DNA from: an uncultured Caldilineaceae bacterium
Lineage (GTDB): Bacteria > Chloroflexota > Anaerolineae > 4572-78 > J111
Length of the DNA stretch: 53,551 nt
Direction: 5' to 3'
NCBI GenBank assembly: GCA_964407935.1
Contig: CAYOXS010000001.1
Span: forward strand, 15,324 to 68,874
Positions 29,090 to 38,101 of this stretch are shown here, piece after piece (the first letter of the stretch is position 1; each line of letters starts with the position of its first letter). Both the position numbers and the translations under genes were made by a program. The notes under the pieces are model-generated. The model saw only the letters and a program-made list of their open reading frames with translations, was not told where the DNA came from and did not search any database.

Positions 29090-31156
29090 CTATTGTTGAG
29101 CACCGGTCATGCGAGAATAAGCAGTGCGATAAACCTTAACATAGTTGTCCAGACCGGCATTAACGTAGAGCGCTTTCAGAGCGTCCACATTGGCCACCGC
29201 GTTATCGGCACCGGTAATGAACAGGAAAAGCTGATCCGTTTGTTCTTCGTTGATGGCCAATTGCCCCAGTTTGGCTGTTTCCTGTTCAGTTAAAGAAAAG
29301 ACCGGAGGCACCAGGCGGAACAGCGGGTTTTCGGCCTCGTAGGAGGTGGAAACAACCTCATCATTGATATACAGCGCCCAGGCATCCCAGCCACGATTGA
29401 TCGTGGTTTGCAGTTCAAACCCAATTTCTTTTTGGTAGCCAATTGGAATTTGTGAGCCGATGAAGTCGCGCAAGTAACCAGACATATCACAGTTCTTCAG
29501 TTCACAAGAGCCGTCCACCAGCCACTTATTAAACTTGGGATATTCGGTCCCATCGGGGGCCGTAAATTTTTCGCCTGCTTCCAGGCCATACGGCGGTCCA
29601 TAATTCTGGACAACATGCCCTTCTTCACTGAAGAAGTAATCAAAGAGCTTCAGGGCCGCACTGATTTCCTCTGGCGAGGCAGCCGCAGAAATGGACCAGC
29701 CGTCCGGTTTAATCACGCGGGTATTCTCATCAAAGTGGATGAATTTATCAGAACCAACGGTTGTGAGCGGCGGCAGTATTCCCACAACATCCGGGTTAGC
29801 GGCGGTGGTGGAGGCAATCCAGTCATAGGTCATAAAACCAAACTGCTGATGACCATCTTCCTTATCCTTGGAGTAAAGTGGTAAGCGGAAGTTGTCACTG
29901 GTACTCAGGTCTGCAAATTCGGAGTGAATGAGACCTTCAGAGTACAACTCGGCCAGGTACCCCACCCCTTTCAGGAAGTTGTCTTGAGCGTAAGAGTATT
30001 GCAGTTCGCCGTCTGCATCCAGATAGAAGCGAGCCGTATAGGAGTCTGACCCGTGGACACGTTGGCCGCCCCAATAGGTGATTAACCGTAAGACATCTTC
30101 ACGATACTCAGATTGGCGCACAAAGAAGGGGGAAATTACGGCGCCCTCTACCACTTTGCCGGTAGATACCTTTGAAAGCGTATTCGGTGAAAGCTCTATG
30201 ACACGCCACAGCGCCACCAGTTCGTCCATATCATATTTGGCCGTTGCGCCCAGGTACAGCTCGGATGGTTTTTTCAGGTCGGGGTAAGTTTCTGCAATGT
30301 AGGCCAGCAGGGTGTCCCGCGCCACATCACGGGTCAAGGCGCCGCCGCCGGCGCCTTCGTTCTGAAGGTCAACCACGTTGGTTGCATTCCGCTGCCAGTA
30401 GCCTTTGTAGGCGGGGGTGAGGGTGTGGGTTTCGGCTTCCAGCGCTTCATCAGAGTCAAGCAAGGCCGTGACCCAGCTTTCACGGCCAAGGAATACGCGG
30501 GCATAGTTGCCCAATTCTGCGGCGTAGGGGACGTGGTAGATGCCGCCATCGTAGGCAGTGATGGCTTTGGCGATATTGGGATTTGCTTCGAGATAGGCGG
30601 CAAAGTTTGGCATCTGATCCAGATGATCATTCAGGCGAACCATATACCCTTGCGCGCCATAGCTCATCAGCGCTTCCGCAATGCCGCTGCCACCAAACAC
30701 AACCGCGCCATTAAAGCCGGTGGCGGAGGAGACCTGGATCATTTCTGAAGAGCTTTGATCCTGAATGGTAACATCTTTTAATTTGAGGCCAAGCTGCTTT
30801 TCAATGTATTGCCAGGTGGGTTTGAGCTGGCCCTGTGAAATCACGGCGCCATCTGGCAGTTCAAGCGGGGTAGATTGTTGATAGGTGAGGGTACGTTGAT
30901 TGTTGCCCATTGCAAAATTTATATTTAACGACTCAGCCATTGCCATTTCTTCCGCTTTGGCGGGGGCGGCTTCTTCTTTGGCAGCGGGGGCGGCTTCTTC
31001 TTTGGCCGGCGCGACTTCTTTGGCAGCGGGAGCGGCCTCTTCTTTAGCGGGGGCGGGAGCCGCATCGGGATCAGACACACCGCCGCACGCTGCAAAAGCA
31101 AACACGGCCATACTCGCCAACAAAATCAATAGTAAACGTTTTGAATACTTTTTCAT
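29090..31156 (-). CDS. Large extracellular solute-binding lipoprotein of an LplA-like carbohydrate ABC importer
   Basis: 688 aa with a lipoprotein signal (MKKYSKRLLLILLASMAVFAFAACGG). A low-complexity (EEAAPAAK)n linker follows, then a large family-1-type binding domain. Confidence 0.8.
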   Translation of the reverse strand: MKKYSKRLLLILLASMAVFAFAACGGVSDPDAAPAPAKEEAAPAAKEVAPAKEEAAPAAKEEAAPAKAEEMAMAESLNINFAMGNNQRTLTYQQSTPLELPDGAVISQGQLKPTWQYIEKQLGLKLKDVTIQDQSSSEMIQVSSATGFNGAVVFGGSGIAEALMSYGAQGYMVRLNDHLDQMPNFAAYLEANPNIAKAITAYDGGIYHVPYAAELGNYARVFLGRESWVTALLDSDEALEAETHTLTPAYKGYWQRNATNVVDLQNEGAGGGALTRDVARDTLLAYIAETYPDLKKPSELYLGATAKYDMDELVALWRVIELSPNTLSKVSTGKVVEGAVISPFFVRQSEYREDVLRLITYWGGQRVHGSDSYTARFYLDADGELQYSYAQDNFLKGVGYLAELYSEGLIHSEFADLSTSDNFRLPLYSKDKEDGHQQFGFMTYDWIASTTAANPDVVGILPPLTTVGSDKFIHFDENTRVIKPDGWSISAAASPEEISAALKLFDYFFSEEGHVVQNYGPPYGLEAGEKFTAPDGTEYPKFNKWLVDGSCELKNCDMSGYLRDFIGSQIPIGYQKEIGFELQTTINRGWDAWALYINDEVVSTSYEAENPLFRLVPPVFSLTEQETAKLGQLAINEEQTDQLFLFITGADNAVANVDALKALYVNAGLDNYVKVYRTAYSRMTGAQQ
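30955..31060. repeat. Imperfect tandem repeats of about 24 nt encoding the Ala/Pro/Glu/Lys linker of the binding protein
   Basis: gcgggggcggcttcttctttggca (30961-30984) is repeated at 30985-31008, with degenerate copies up to about 31056. The translation is APAKEEAAPAAKEVAPAKEEAAPAAKEEAAPAKAEE. Confidence 0.75.
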
Positions 31157-31245
31157 TTTCTGCTCCTTTAATGGGTGAACCTATATTGAACGAAACTGTT
31201 TTTGAACGATTGATGGTATTTTCTGGTGTTAAACCTCACTTTCTG

Positions 31246-32109
31246 CTAGCCCTTTACACCGCCAACGTTGACACCCCTGGCGAAGTGACGCTGGATGTAA
31301 GGATAAATAATCAATACGGGAATAATTGAACAGACCAGCACCGCAAAGATGTATGAATCAGATGAATAAGGCAGATTGATGGGCATATCGTCAAACATTT
31401 TTTGATAGTTCTCAATCAGGATACGCATATAAACTTGCAGCGGTAACTCCATCGGGTTGGTCAGCAGCATTCGGGACCAGAAATAGGTGTTCCAGCGGGA
31501 GGTGGCATAGAACAGGGTCACAGTGGCCAGCGCTGCTTTGGACATTGGTATATAAATTTGGCTTAACAACTGAAATTCATTGGCCCCATCAATGAGGGCG
31601 GCTTCCTCGATCTCCGTGGGGATTACCTGAAAGAAACTCCGCAGCAGGATGATGTTGAAGGCTTGCACCCCAAACGCAACAATGATGCCCCACCGATTGT
31701 CTACCCCCATATTGATATAATTCAGATATAACGGAACCATACCGGCGCTAAACCACATGGTAAACACCACTAAAAAATTTATCTGCCGGCGGAATATCAG
31801 GCGCTGCCTGGAAAGCGCATACGCGCCCGTTACCGAGATTAAAAGGCTCCAGGCGGTTCCGAAGATGGTGTAGAAAAGGGTATTGGTAAAAGAAATCCAT
31901 AAACCCTTATCCTGATAAATCAACTCATAAACCTGAAAGCTTACGTCCTTGGGAAACAGGATGACTTCTCCCGCTTCGTAGGCTGCTTTGCCGCTGACAG
32001 AAGCAGAAAAGGCATAGAGTACCGGATAAAATGCCGCGGCACTAAAGGCAACAACCAGTGACACGGACAATATTTTGAAAATCAATTCGGATTTACTTAA
32101 ACGCTCCAT
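31246..32109 (-). CDS. Carbohydrate ABC transporter permease (LplC-like)
   Basis: About six TM segments and an EAA loop (EEAALIDGANEFQLLSQIYIPMSKAAL). Confidence 0.9.
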   Translation of the reverse strand: MERLSKSELIFKILSVSLVVAFSAAAFYPVLYAFSASVSGKAAYEAGEVILFPKDVSFQVYELIYQDKGLWISFTNTLFYTIFGTAWSLLISVTGAYALSRQRLIFRRQINFLVVFTMWFSAGMVPLYLNYINMGVDNRWGIIVAFGVQAFNIILLRSFFQVIPTEIEEAALIDGANEFQLLSQIYIPMSKAALATVTLFYATSRWNTYFWSRMLLTNPMELPLQVYMRILIENYQKMFDDMPINLPYSSDSYIFAVLVCSIIPVLIIYPYIQRHFARGVNVGGVKG

Positions 32110-32120
32110 AATACTGCTCC

Positions 32121-33098
32121 TTACCAGAGAGAATTGTCTGAAATTTCACGGCTGATGAAGTTAGCCCCCACTACCAATGCAAACCCAATTAACGCCTCAA
32201 ACATCCCCGCCGCAGCCCCCATTGACTGATTACCGCCTTCCAACCCAATACGCAGTACAAACGTGCTCAACACATCAGCCGTCTCATAGGTATTGGCGTT
32301 GTACAGCAGAATGACGCGTTCATAGCCTACGGCCAGCATTTGGCCTATCCTGAGCACAATCATGATGGTGAGCGTTGGCGCTATGCCGGGGAACGTTACA
32401 AAGCGGATTTCCTGCAATTTGTTGCCGCCATCCACTTTGATAGCCTCGTACAGGACCGGCGATATGCCCATAATGGCGGCAAAATAGACAATTGAACTAT
32501 ATCCGGCCTCTTTCCAGATACCCGTCATAATAAATATGGGGCGAAAATAATCAGCATTTTGCATAATCTTGGTCGTTCCATCGATGATGCCGAGATCAAT
32601 CAAGAACTGGGCAATCACCCCGGTGGTTACTTCGCCGTTAAACAACAAGGTCAGCACCAGACCCGTGATGGTTACTTCAGAAAGAAAGTGGGGTAAATAA
32701 GAAGCGGTTTGTGTAATATTACGTAGGCCGCTGTTGCTAATCTCGCTAAAAAATATCGCCAGCAGGATGGGGATGGGGAAGCCGAAAATAAACCCATAAA
32801 GACTGATCACAAACGTGTTGCGGAATGCCCGCCAAAACTGGGGCGCGAAAGGGCCACTAATTAAAGACGAAAAATTCGCAAATCCAACAAAATCACTATC
32901 CCATACCCCCAGATTGGGCTGGTAGTTTTTGAAAGCAATCAGGAGACCGGCCAGCGGTTTGTAAAACCATAAACCGTACCAGATCAAGATGGGCAGCAAC
33001 AGCAAATACAGTCGATAATCCTTTAGAATGATCAGGGTATACTTTAAAAACTTATTTTGCTCTGCGTCATCTGGTTCTACCCTCTTGTGTTGAACCAT
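32121..33098 (-). CDS. Carbohydrate ABC transporter permease (LplB-like)
   Basis: The N-terminus (YRLYLLLLPILIWYGLWFYKPLAGLLIAFKNY) is typical of LplB-type permeases. EAA loop: YEAIKVDGGNKLQEIRFVTFPGIAP. Confidence 0.9.
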   Translation of the reverse strand: MVQHKRVEPDDAEQNKFLKYTLIILKDYRLYLLLLPILIWYGLWFYKPLAGLLIAFKNYQPNLGVWDSDFVGFANFSSLISGPFAPQFWRAFRNTFVISLYGFIFGFPIPILLAIFFSEISNSGLRNITQTASYLPHFLSEVTITGLVLTLLFNGEVTTGVIAQFLIDLGIIDGTTKIMQNADYFRPIFIMTGIWKEAGYSSIVYFAAIMGISPVLYEAIKVDGGNKLQEIRFVTFPGIAPTLTIMIVLRIGQMLAVGYERVILLYNANTYETADVLSTFVLRIGLEGGNQSMGAAAGMFEALIGFALVVGANFISREISDNSLW

Positions 33099-33179
33099 AA
33101 ATTTTCCTCCTTATGTTGGTTTACAAAATATTCCCGTAATGAAATTTTGAGCGCATGTTTGGCGTCCACATCATCATAA

Positions 33180-35432
33180 TCAAGCGGCCCCCGTAGATTT
33201 CTTCTCCCAGGTAAGGTGCGATTCACCTGAATCGACAAGGAAACGGATGAGATTGGGGACAGGGCTGCTTTTTATGGCGATGGGCTGGTTATTGCACGTA
33301 ACATTATCGATCAGGGGCGTTTTCCGCAGGCTAACCCAGGATGCCCGTTTAGCCACCACTACACACTGCTCTGCTAACAAGGCAACCTCCACAGGCGTTG
33401 AAGCCAGCCATTGTAGCTTTCCATTTAGCCACAAATTGGTCACATTTCCAGCCCAAAGTTCGCCGGTTGCCGGGTTGGCTACCACCCAATCAGCATCGGT
33501 TGACAGCAGTTCTGGAATGACCAGCCGAGACCGGCCGGCGGCAAAGGCCGCAATGCGCGTTTCTCCGTTTTTTGTAAGCTGCATGGCCGTTCCCCCCTCA
33601 CAGGGCAGCGAGACCACCTCAGCCGCTTTACTGCCGGCGTTTGCCACATCAAGGGCCACCAGAAAGCGGGTTTGAGCGCAGGGTTCTGCCGGCGACAGCG
33701 CCAGCGTGTGCTGGGTCCGGCGAATAATCCAGTCGGGTTTGGCCGAGGTGGGGTTGGCGGTAATTTCAACCTGGCGTAGGTCACAAGCAAGCGGCCTGGG
33801 CGCAACCGCCGTTACAACCATTTGGCTGCCGCCTGTTTGAAAGGTGAACTGGTTAGCGGTTGTTTGTTGCGGCGCAACGTCTGTTTGTAATAGCCACTGA
33901 TAATCGTGGGGCCGGGCAGACTGCAAATCGTCACAGATAACGCACAGGTCAGCGCCCATCATCAGGATTTGCCGCCGAAACCGATCCAGTTGTAAATCAG
34001 GGTGGTAAGCCCCGGCCGCTTCGCCGCTGGCGCAGGTTAACCCCGGGGCGATGAACCAGCCCTCAAGCCGCCCGCCCCACGCCGGGTCCAGTCCTTCAAA
34101 GGCGTTGTACGCGCCTTCGTTGTACTGGCCCTGGCCATCAACCAGCAGGGTGCTGTGGTGGCGAGTGAGCTTCTCTTTGCTGTAGCCCTCGTCCACAACC
34201 AGATAATCGGAGCCGCGAATAAGAATGAAGCTGTTTTCATCCGGGTGTTCGTGGCTGGCCTTAATGGTGTCCCAGTTGTTTTGGCGGTTGAAGGCCTGGC
34301 CCAAATGCCAGCCGCGAGCGCCGTTGGGCGTGCCGCATTTAAAGGCGAGACAGGTGGCATCGGGTTGCCAGCTACTGCGGGTGGTGATAAGCCCCATATC
34401 GGGGAACACCGCCGTTTTCGCTTTTTCATGCACCGGTTGAGGCGCTACCGTTGGGTCAAACCAGATAAAATCGAGCCAGGCTTCCGGCAGCAGCCCCGGC
34501 TTTATCAGCCCTTCTTGGCCTTCGCGCTCCCATTCGCCCGTTTCTTCAAAATGATTTGCCAGCCACTGCGCTTCGCCAAGACGGTACAAACCGGCCAAAC
34601 GGTACAGCACCGCGCGAGAATGGGCGCTGCGCCGGTCGTGGCCATCGCCAAAATTGGTGGTGTCCACCAGATTTGGCCCGCTGAGATAGAGCCTAAAATC
34701 AAATGAATGGCGCAGAAAACTGTTATCGTGCAGGTTAAGCCCGGTTTGCTGCTGAAACAGGTGGGCGCTAATGAGCAGCCACGGGAAGCCGTAGCGCCAG
34801 TACACCGGCCCTTCGTAATCAGAGCCATCCTCCGGAAATACCGAGAGAACGGTTTGCAGGTTATCCAGCGCCCGCGCCGACCAGGCCCGGGTTTCCGGGT
34901 AATCGGCTTCCAGGGCGTAGGCCGCGGTAGCCAGCCCGCCGTAACAAATCCAGTTGTGGTTTTGCCAGTAGGCCGAACCCCACCAGCGCCCTTCTGATGC
35001 CAGGGCAAAGTTGTACAGCAGTTGGCCTTGATGCCGCAGCTTGTGGCGCAGCGCGTTTAGTTCATCGGCTGGCAAGTGATGGCCAATCCAGTTGTAGGCC
35101 AGTCCAAAGCCAAAGAGCAGCCAGGCCGCGTCCAGGTCGTGGTTGGGCATGCGGGCCAATCCCCAACTGGGGTAGGCACCGGCCACGTTTAACCAGCGCC
35201 GAACCCCGTTCAGGTAATCCGTTTGCCCGGTTAGCAGGTAGGCCAAAGACATATTGGCCACGGCCATGCCAATGTAGGTGATGGAGTCAGCCGGATGTTG
35301 GGCCGGGGGAAGCTGGTCCAGGTAAGAATTAGCTTGCTTGAGCAAACGTTGAGCCTGCACCTGGTGGGTTGTCTGGCTCAGGTTGCGCCATTCTTCAATT
35401 GAATGCGCTTGTAAAAATAAGTGGTTTGTCAT
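33180..35432 (-). CDS. Heparinase II/III-like polysaccharide lyase family protein, cytoplasmic
   Basis: About 750 aa with alpha/alpha-toroid-type motifs (WQNHNWICYGGLATAAYAL) and a C-terminal beta-sandwich region (HHSTLLVDGQGQ). No signal peptide is visible. I prefer the ATG at 35432, one nt after the upstream stop. Confidence 0.75.
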   Translation of the reverse strand: MTNHLFLQAHSIEEWRNLSQTTHQVQAQRLLKQANSYLDQLPPAQHPADSITYIGMAVANMSLAYLLTGQTDYLNGVRRWLNVAGAYPSWGLARMPNHDLDAAWLLFGFGLAYNWIGHHLPADELNALRHKLRHQGQLLYNFALASEGRWWGSAYWQNHNWICYGGLATAAYALEADYPETRAWSARALDNLQTVLSVFPEDGSDYEGPVYWRYGFPWLLISAHLFQQQTGLNLHDNSFLRHSFDFRLYLSGPNLVDTTNFGDGHDRRSAHSRAVLYRLAGLYRLGEAQWLANHFEETGEWEREGQEGLIKPGLLPEAWLDFIWFDPTVAPQPVHEKAKTAVFPDMGLITTRSSWQPDATCLAFKCGTPNGARGWHLGQAFNRQNNWDTIKASHEHPDENSFILIRGSDYLVVDEGYSKEKLTRHHSTLLVDGQGQYNEGAYNAFEGLDPAWGGRLEGWFIAPGLTCASGEAAGAYHPDLQLDRFRRQILMMGADLCVICDDLQSARPHDYQWLLQTDVAPQQTTANQFTFQTGGSQMVVTAVAPRPLACDLRQVEITANPTSAKPDWIIRRTQHTLALSPAEPCAQTRFLVALDVANAGSKAAEVVSLPCEGGTAMQLTKNGETRIAAFAAGRSRLVIPELLSTDADWVVANPATGELWAGNVTNLWLNGKLQWLASTPVEVALLAEQCVVVAKRASWVSLRKTPLIDNVTCNNQPIAIKSSPVPNLIRFLVDSGESHLTWEKKSTGAA

Positions 35433-35433
35433 T

Positions 35434-37302
35434 TTATAGTTGGTTAATGATGGTTTGATACCGTTGCCGGGTGCCAACGGTACGGCCAATTAAGCTATGG
35501 CGCGGTTGCTGCGGGTAACGGGATGTTCCCGGCGATTTGCCCAGCAGCAGGGTGAAGGGCTGTTCTCCGGTAAGCGTTAGCTGGTAAGTGGTTGATTGAT
35601 AACTAATGTAGAAGGACACGCTTTCATTCGCGTTTACGGGGCATTGCGCCTGTAATGTGATATAGGTTCCTGCCCCCTCTTCCGCTAAAAAGCCAGACAG
35701 CGGCTGCAAATTGGGCGGGGGCGCAATATCGCCATCAAGGTGAAAGACCCAATCAAAGGTGTGCGGCATGTTTGATTGCACGGTCACCTCGTCCAAAATG
35801 GCGTCATCTTTTATTTCTGTGGTGCGCTTAAAATCAACGCCGGGGTAGGCATCGGGGGCGGCGGCGGCCAGGCGATGGCCATCCCAGGCAAGCAGTTGGC
35901 CGCCGCAATTGGTGTGGGATAAGCCATCAACCACCAGAGTGTTATGGGCGTAGCTGTGTGGATACCACGCCTTTCGCGCCGGCAAGCCATACAACGGACT
36001 GCCGGCATCGCGTGAAAAAGGCCATACGGTTAAACCAAGCCGGTCGTGCTGGTGGTGAGAGCCACAATATGGGCCAAACGACACCAGGGCCGCCAGCTTT
36101 TTAGCCGAGCGCAAAACGGCAATGCCGGATTCTTTGAGAAAGGTGTGGGCCTGAGCAGCAGTAACTGCGGTTGATAAATCATCTCTGCCATATAACAGCG
36201 CCGCCCAATTGTCTCGCGTTGCTCCCCGCCGTTCATAGGCGTTGCGCAGCGTTTGAACAAACGCCTGGTGCGGCTGCGCAGCGTTGAGTATTTCAAACGC
36301 CACACAAATTTCCGGGTCATAAATGCTGTTTTGCCAGTATGAGCCTTCTGAAATATCGGGAATTGTTCCGTCTGGCCAGGCCAGCCCGGCAAAAGCGTGC
36401 CCCATACTGGCCAGGGTTTGCCCGTGGCTGCCGGCCACGGTGTACAGGTTGATATTATTTGCCCTGGCCGCTTCGGCCAGAATCAGGTTGGCCAGCAACA
36501 CAAAGTTGTGATAGTAGGGCGATCCTTCGTATTCAAGGCCACCGGCCAGAATTGCCCGGTCAAGATGGGCCGCAAAACCGGCGGGCGGCTGGATGGCGCG
36601 CTCAATCAGGGCCGGGTCGTTTAACGCAAAGCCAAGGCAGCCAATTGTAACGTTTAACCAGGCCATGTAATTGCTTTCAATGCGCTTTTGGGCAATCAAT
36701 TTATCTTGAGCGCCCGTCATTACCGCCGCTAACGGCTGCCACAAATCGCGGGTTAAGCGCGCTCGCAGGTCATCGTCAAGAGTATCGGCCACCAGATCAA
36801 AGGCGTGGATGAGGGGCACAGCCCACAGCGCTTCGGTGAGGGCCTGGTTGAAGGCATGGCCGGTCAGCATCCACGGTTCAGCGCCGGCCTGGCCGTCAAA
36901 GCGGGTGTAAAAGTTGGCGTATTGAGTAAGGATGGAGACGGCCGTTTCCCGGCCACGCTCCAGCCCCAATACTGCATACGCCAGCGCGGCTTCTCGGGCT
37001 AAATCTGCTATTTGCCGGTGCCGCCACACGCGCCAGGCCGCGTCATACTTTTCACCGGTGCAAACATGCCCGGCGGGGCACTGATGCCGGCTGGGCACAT
37101 TGCCGTCAAACGTCAGCGGCAGCCAGTGTTCCGGGCAAACGTAGTTGTGAATCCAACCGCCTGCTTCTACCGGAATCTGGCCGGGCTGGCCCTGCCATGC
37201 CGCAAGGCGCTGCTGCACAGCTTGCCAGCCCGCCGCCGCCCACGGCGTTGATTCACTTTTCTGTTTGGCTTGTTTAAGATTGGCCTGAGAAAATAAACGC
37301 AT
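35434..37302 (-). CDS. Alginate-lyase-like N-domain plus heparinase II/III-like C-domain protein, cytoplasmic
   Basis: GGWIHNYVCPEHWLPLTFDG...HQCPAGHVCTGEKYDAAWRVWRH is an N-terminal pattern common in this lyase group. The C-terminal part contains AHNTLVVDGLSH. No signal peptide is visible. Confidence 0.75.
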   Translation of the reverse strand: MRLFSQANLKQAKQKSESTPWAAAGWQAVQQRLAAWQGQPGQIPVEAGGWIHNYVCPEHWLPLTFDGNVPSRHQCPAGHVCTGEKYDAAWRVWRHRQIADLAREAALAYAVLGLERGRETAVSILTQYANFYTRFDGQAGAEPWMLTGHAFNQALTEALWAVPLIHAFDLVADTLDDDLRARLTRDLWQPLAAVMTGAQDKLIAQKRIESNYMAWLNVTIGCLGFALNDPALIERAIQPPAGFAAHLDRAILAGGLEYEGSPYYHNFVLLANLILAEAARANNINLYTVAGSHGQTLASMGHAFAGLAWPDGTIPDISEGSYWQNSIYDPEICVAFEILNAAQPHQAFVQTLRNAYERRGATRDNWAALLYGRDDLSTAVTAAQAHTFLKESGIAVLRSAKKLAALVSFGPYCGSHHQHDRLGLTVWPFSRDAGSPLYGLPARKAWYPHSYAHNTLVVDGLSHTNCGGQLLAWDGHRLAAAAPDAYPGVDFKRTTEIKDDAILDEVTVQSNMPHTFDWVFHLDGDIAPPPNLQPLSGFLAEEGAGTYITLQAQCPVNANESVSFYISYQSTTYQLTLTGEQPFTLLLGKSPGTSRYPQQPRHSLIGRTVGTRQRYQTIINQL

Positions 37303-37352
37303 GATGCCCTTACTCAGAATAAGTTTTGCCGGTTAACCCCTAAAGGGTTTAA

Positions 37353-38099
37353 TTACGCAAAGTACAACCCGCCGTTGATTTCCATCAGTTCGCCGGTGAT
37401 AAAACTGCCCAGGTCAGACACCAGATAAAGGGCGGCATTGGCTACATCATCGGGGGTACCGCCACGTCCTAGCGGCGTTTTGCCTATAATGGCTTGTTGC
37501 ACGGCATCCGGGGTGAAGGTGTTGTGGAAGGTGGTGTTGGCGATGAAGCCGGGAGCTAACGCATTGACCGTAATCTTGCGCGGGCCGAGTTCTTTGGCCA
37601 GCCCTCGGGTGAACCCAATTACGGCTGCTTTCGAGGCCGAATAAATCACAGAACCGTTTCCACCGCCGTCATGGGCGGCCAGTGAAGACAAGTTGACAAT
37701 GCGACCGCCGTCTGGCATGTAGGGCAGCACAGCCCGGCTACAGTAAAAGGTACTGCTAAAGTTAACGTTCATGACGTTGTGGAAATGCTCGTCGCTCATT
37801 TCAGAGATGAGCACTCGGCCCAGCAACCCCCCGGCGTTATTGATGAGGATGTCGATGTGACCGCCCAATTTTTCAGCCGCTTCTGCCATAACCTTGTTGA
37901 CTTGCTCACTGTCTGTGGCGTCCAGGGGAATGCCGATAATTGTCTGGCCTTCCTCAGCGATTTTTTCAAATGTGCTGGTGAAATAGGTGGCAACAACCTT
38001 TGCGCCACAACGGGCCAGAGCCAGCGAATAGGCTCGCCCGATTCCAATGTTTCCACCGGTTACTACAGCAGTTTTGCCTGCAAGATTGATTTCCATCAT
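37353..38099 (-). CDS. Short-chain dehydrogenase/reductase (KduD/FabG-like)
   Basis: TGGNIGIGRA is the cofactor motif, NNAG is present, and YSASKAAV is the YxxxK catalytic motif. Confidence 0.9.
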   Translation of the reverse strand: MMEINLAGKTAVVTGGNIGIGRAYSLALARCGAKVVATYFTSTFEKIAEEGQTIIGIPLDATDSEQVNKVMAEAAEKLGGHIDILINNAGGLLGRVLISEMSDEHFHNVMNVNFSSTFYCSRAVLPYMPDGGRIVNLSSLAAHDGGGNGSVIYSASKAAVIGFTRGLAKELGPRKITVNALAPGFIANTTFHNTFTPDAVQQAIIGKTPLGRGGTPDDVANAALYLVSDLGSFITGELMEINGGLYFA

Positions 38100-38101
38100 A
38101 T

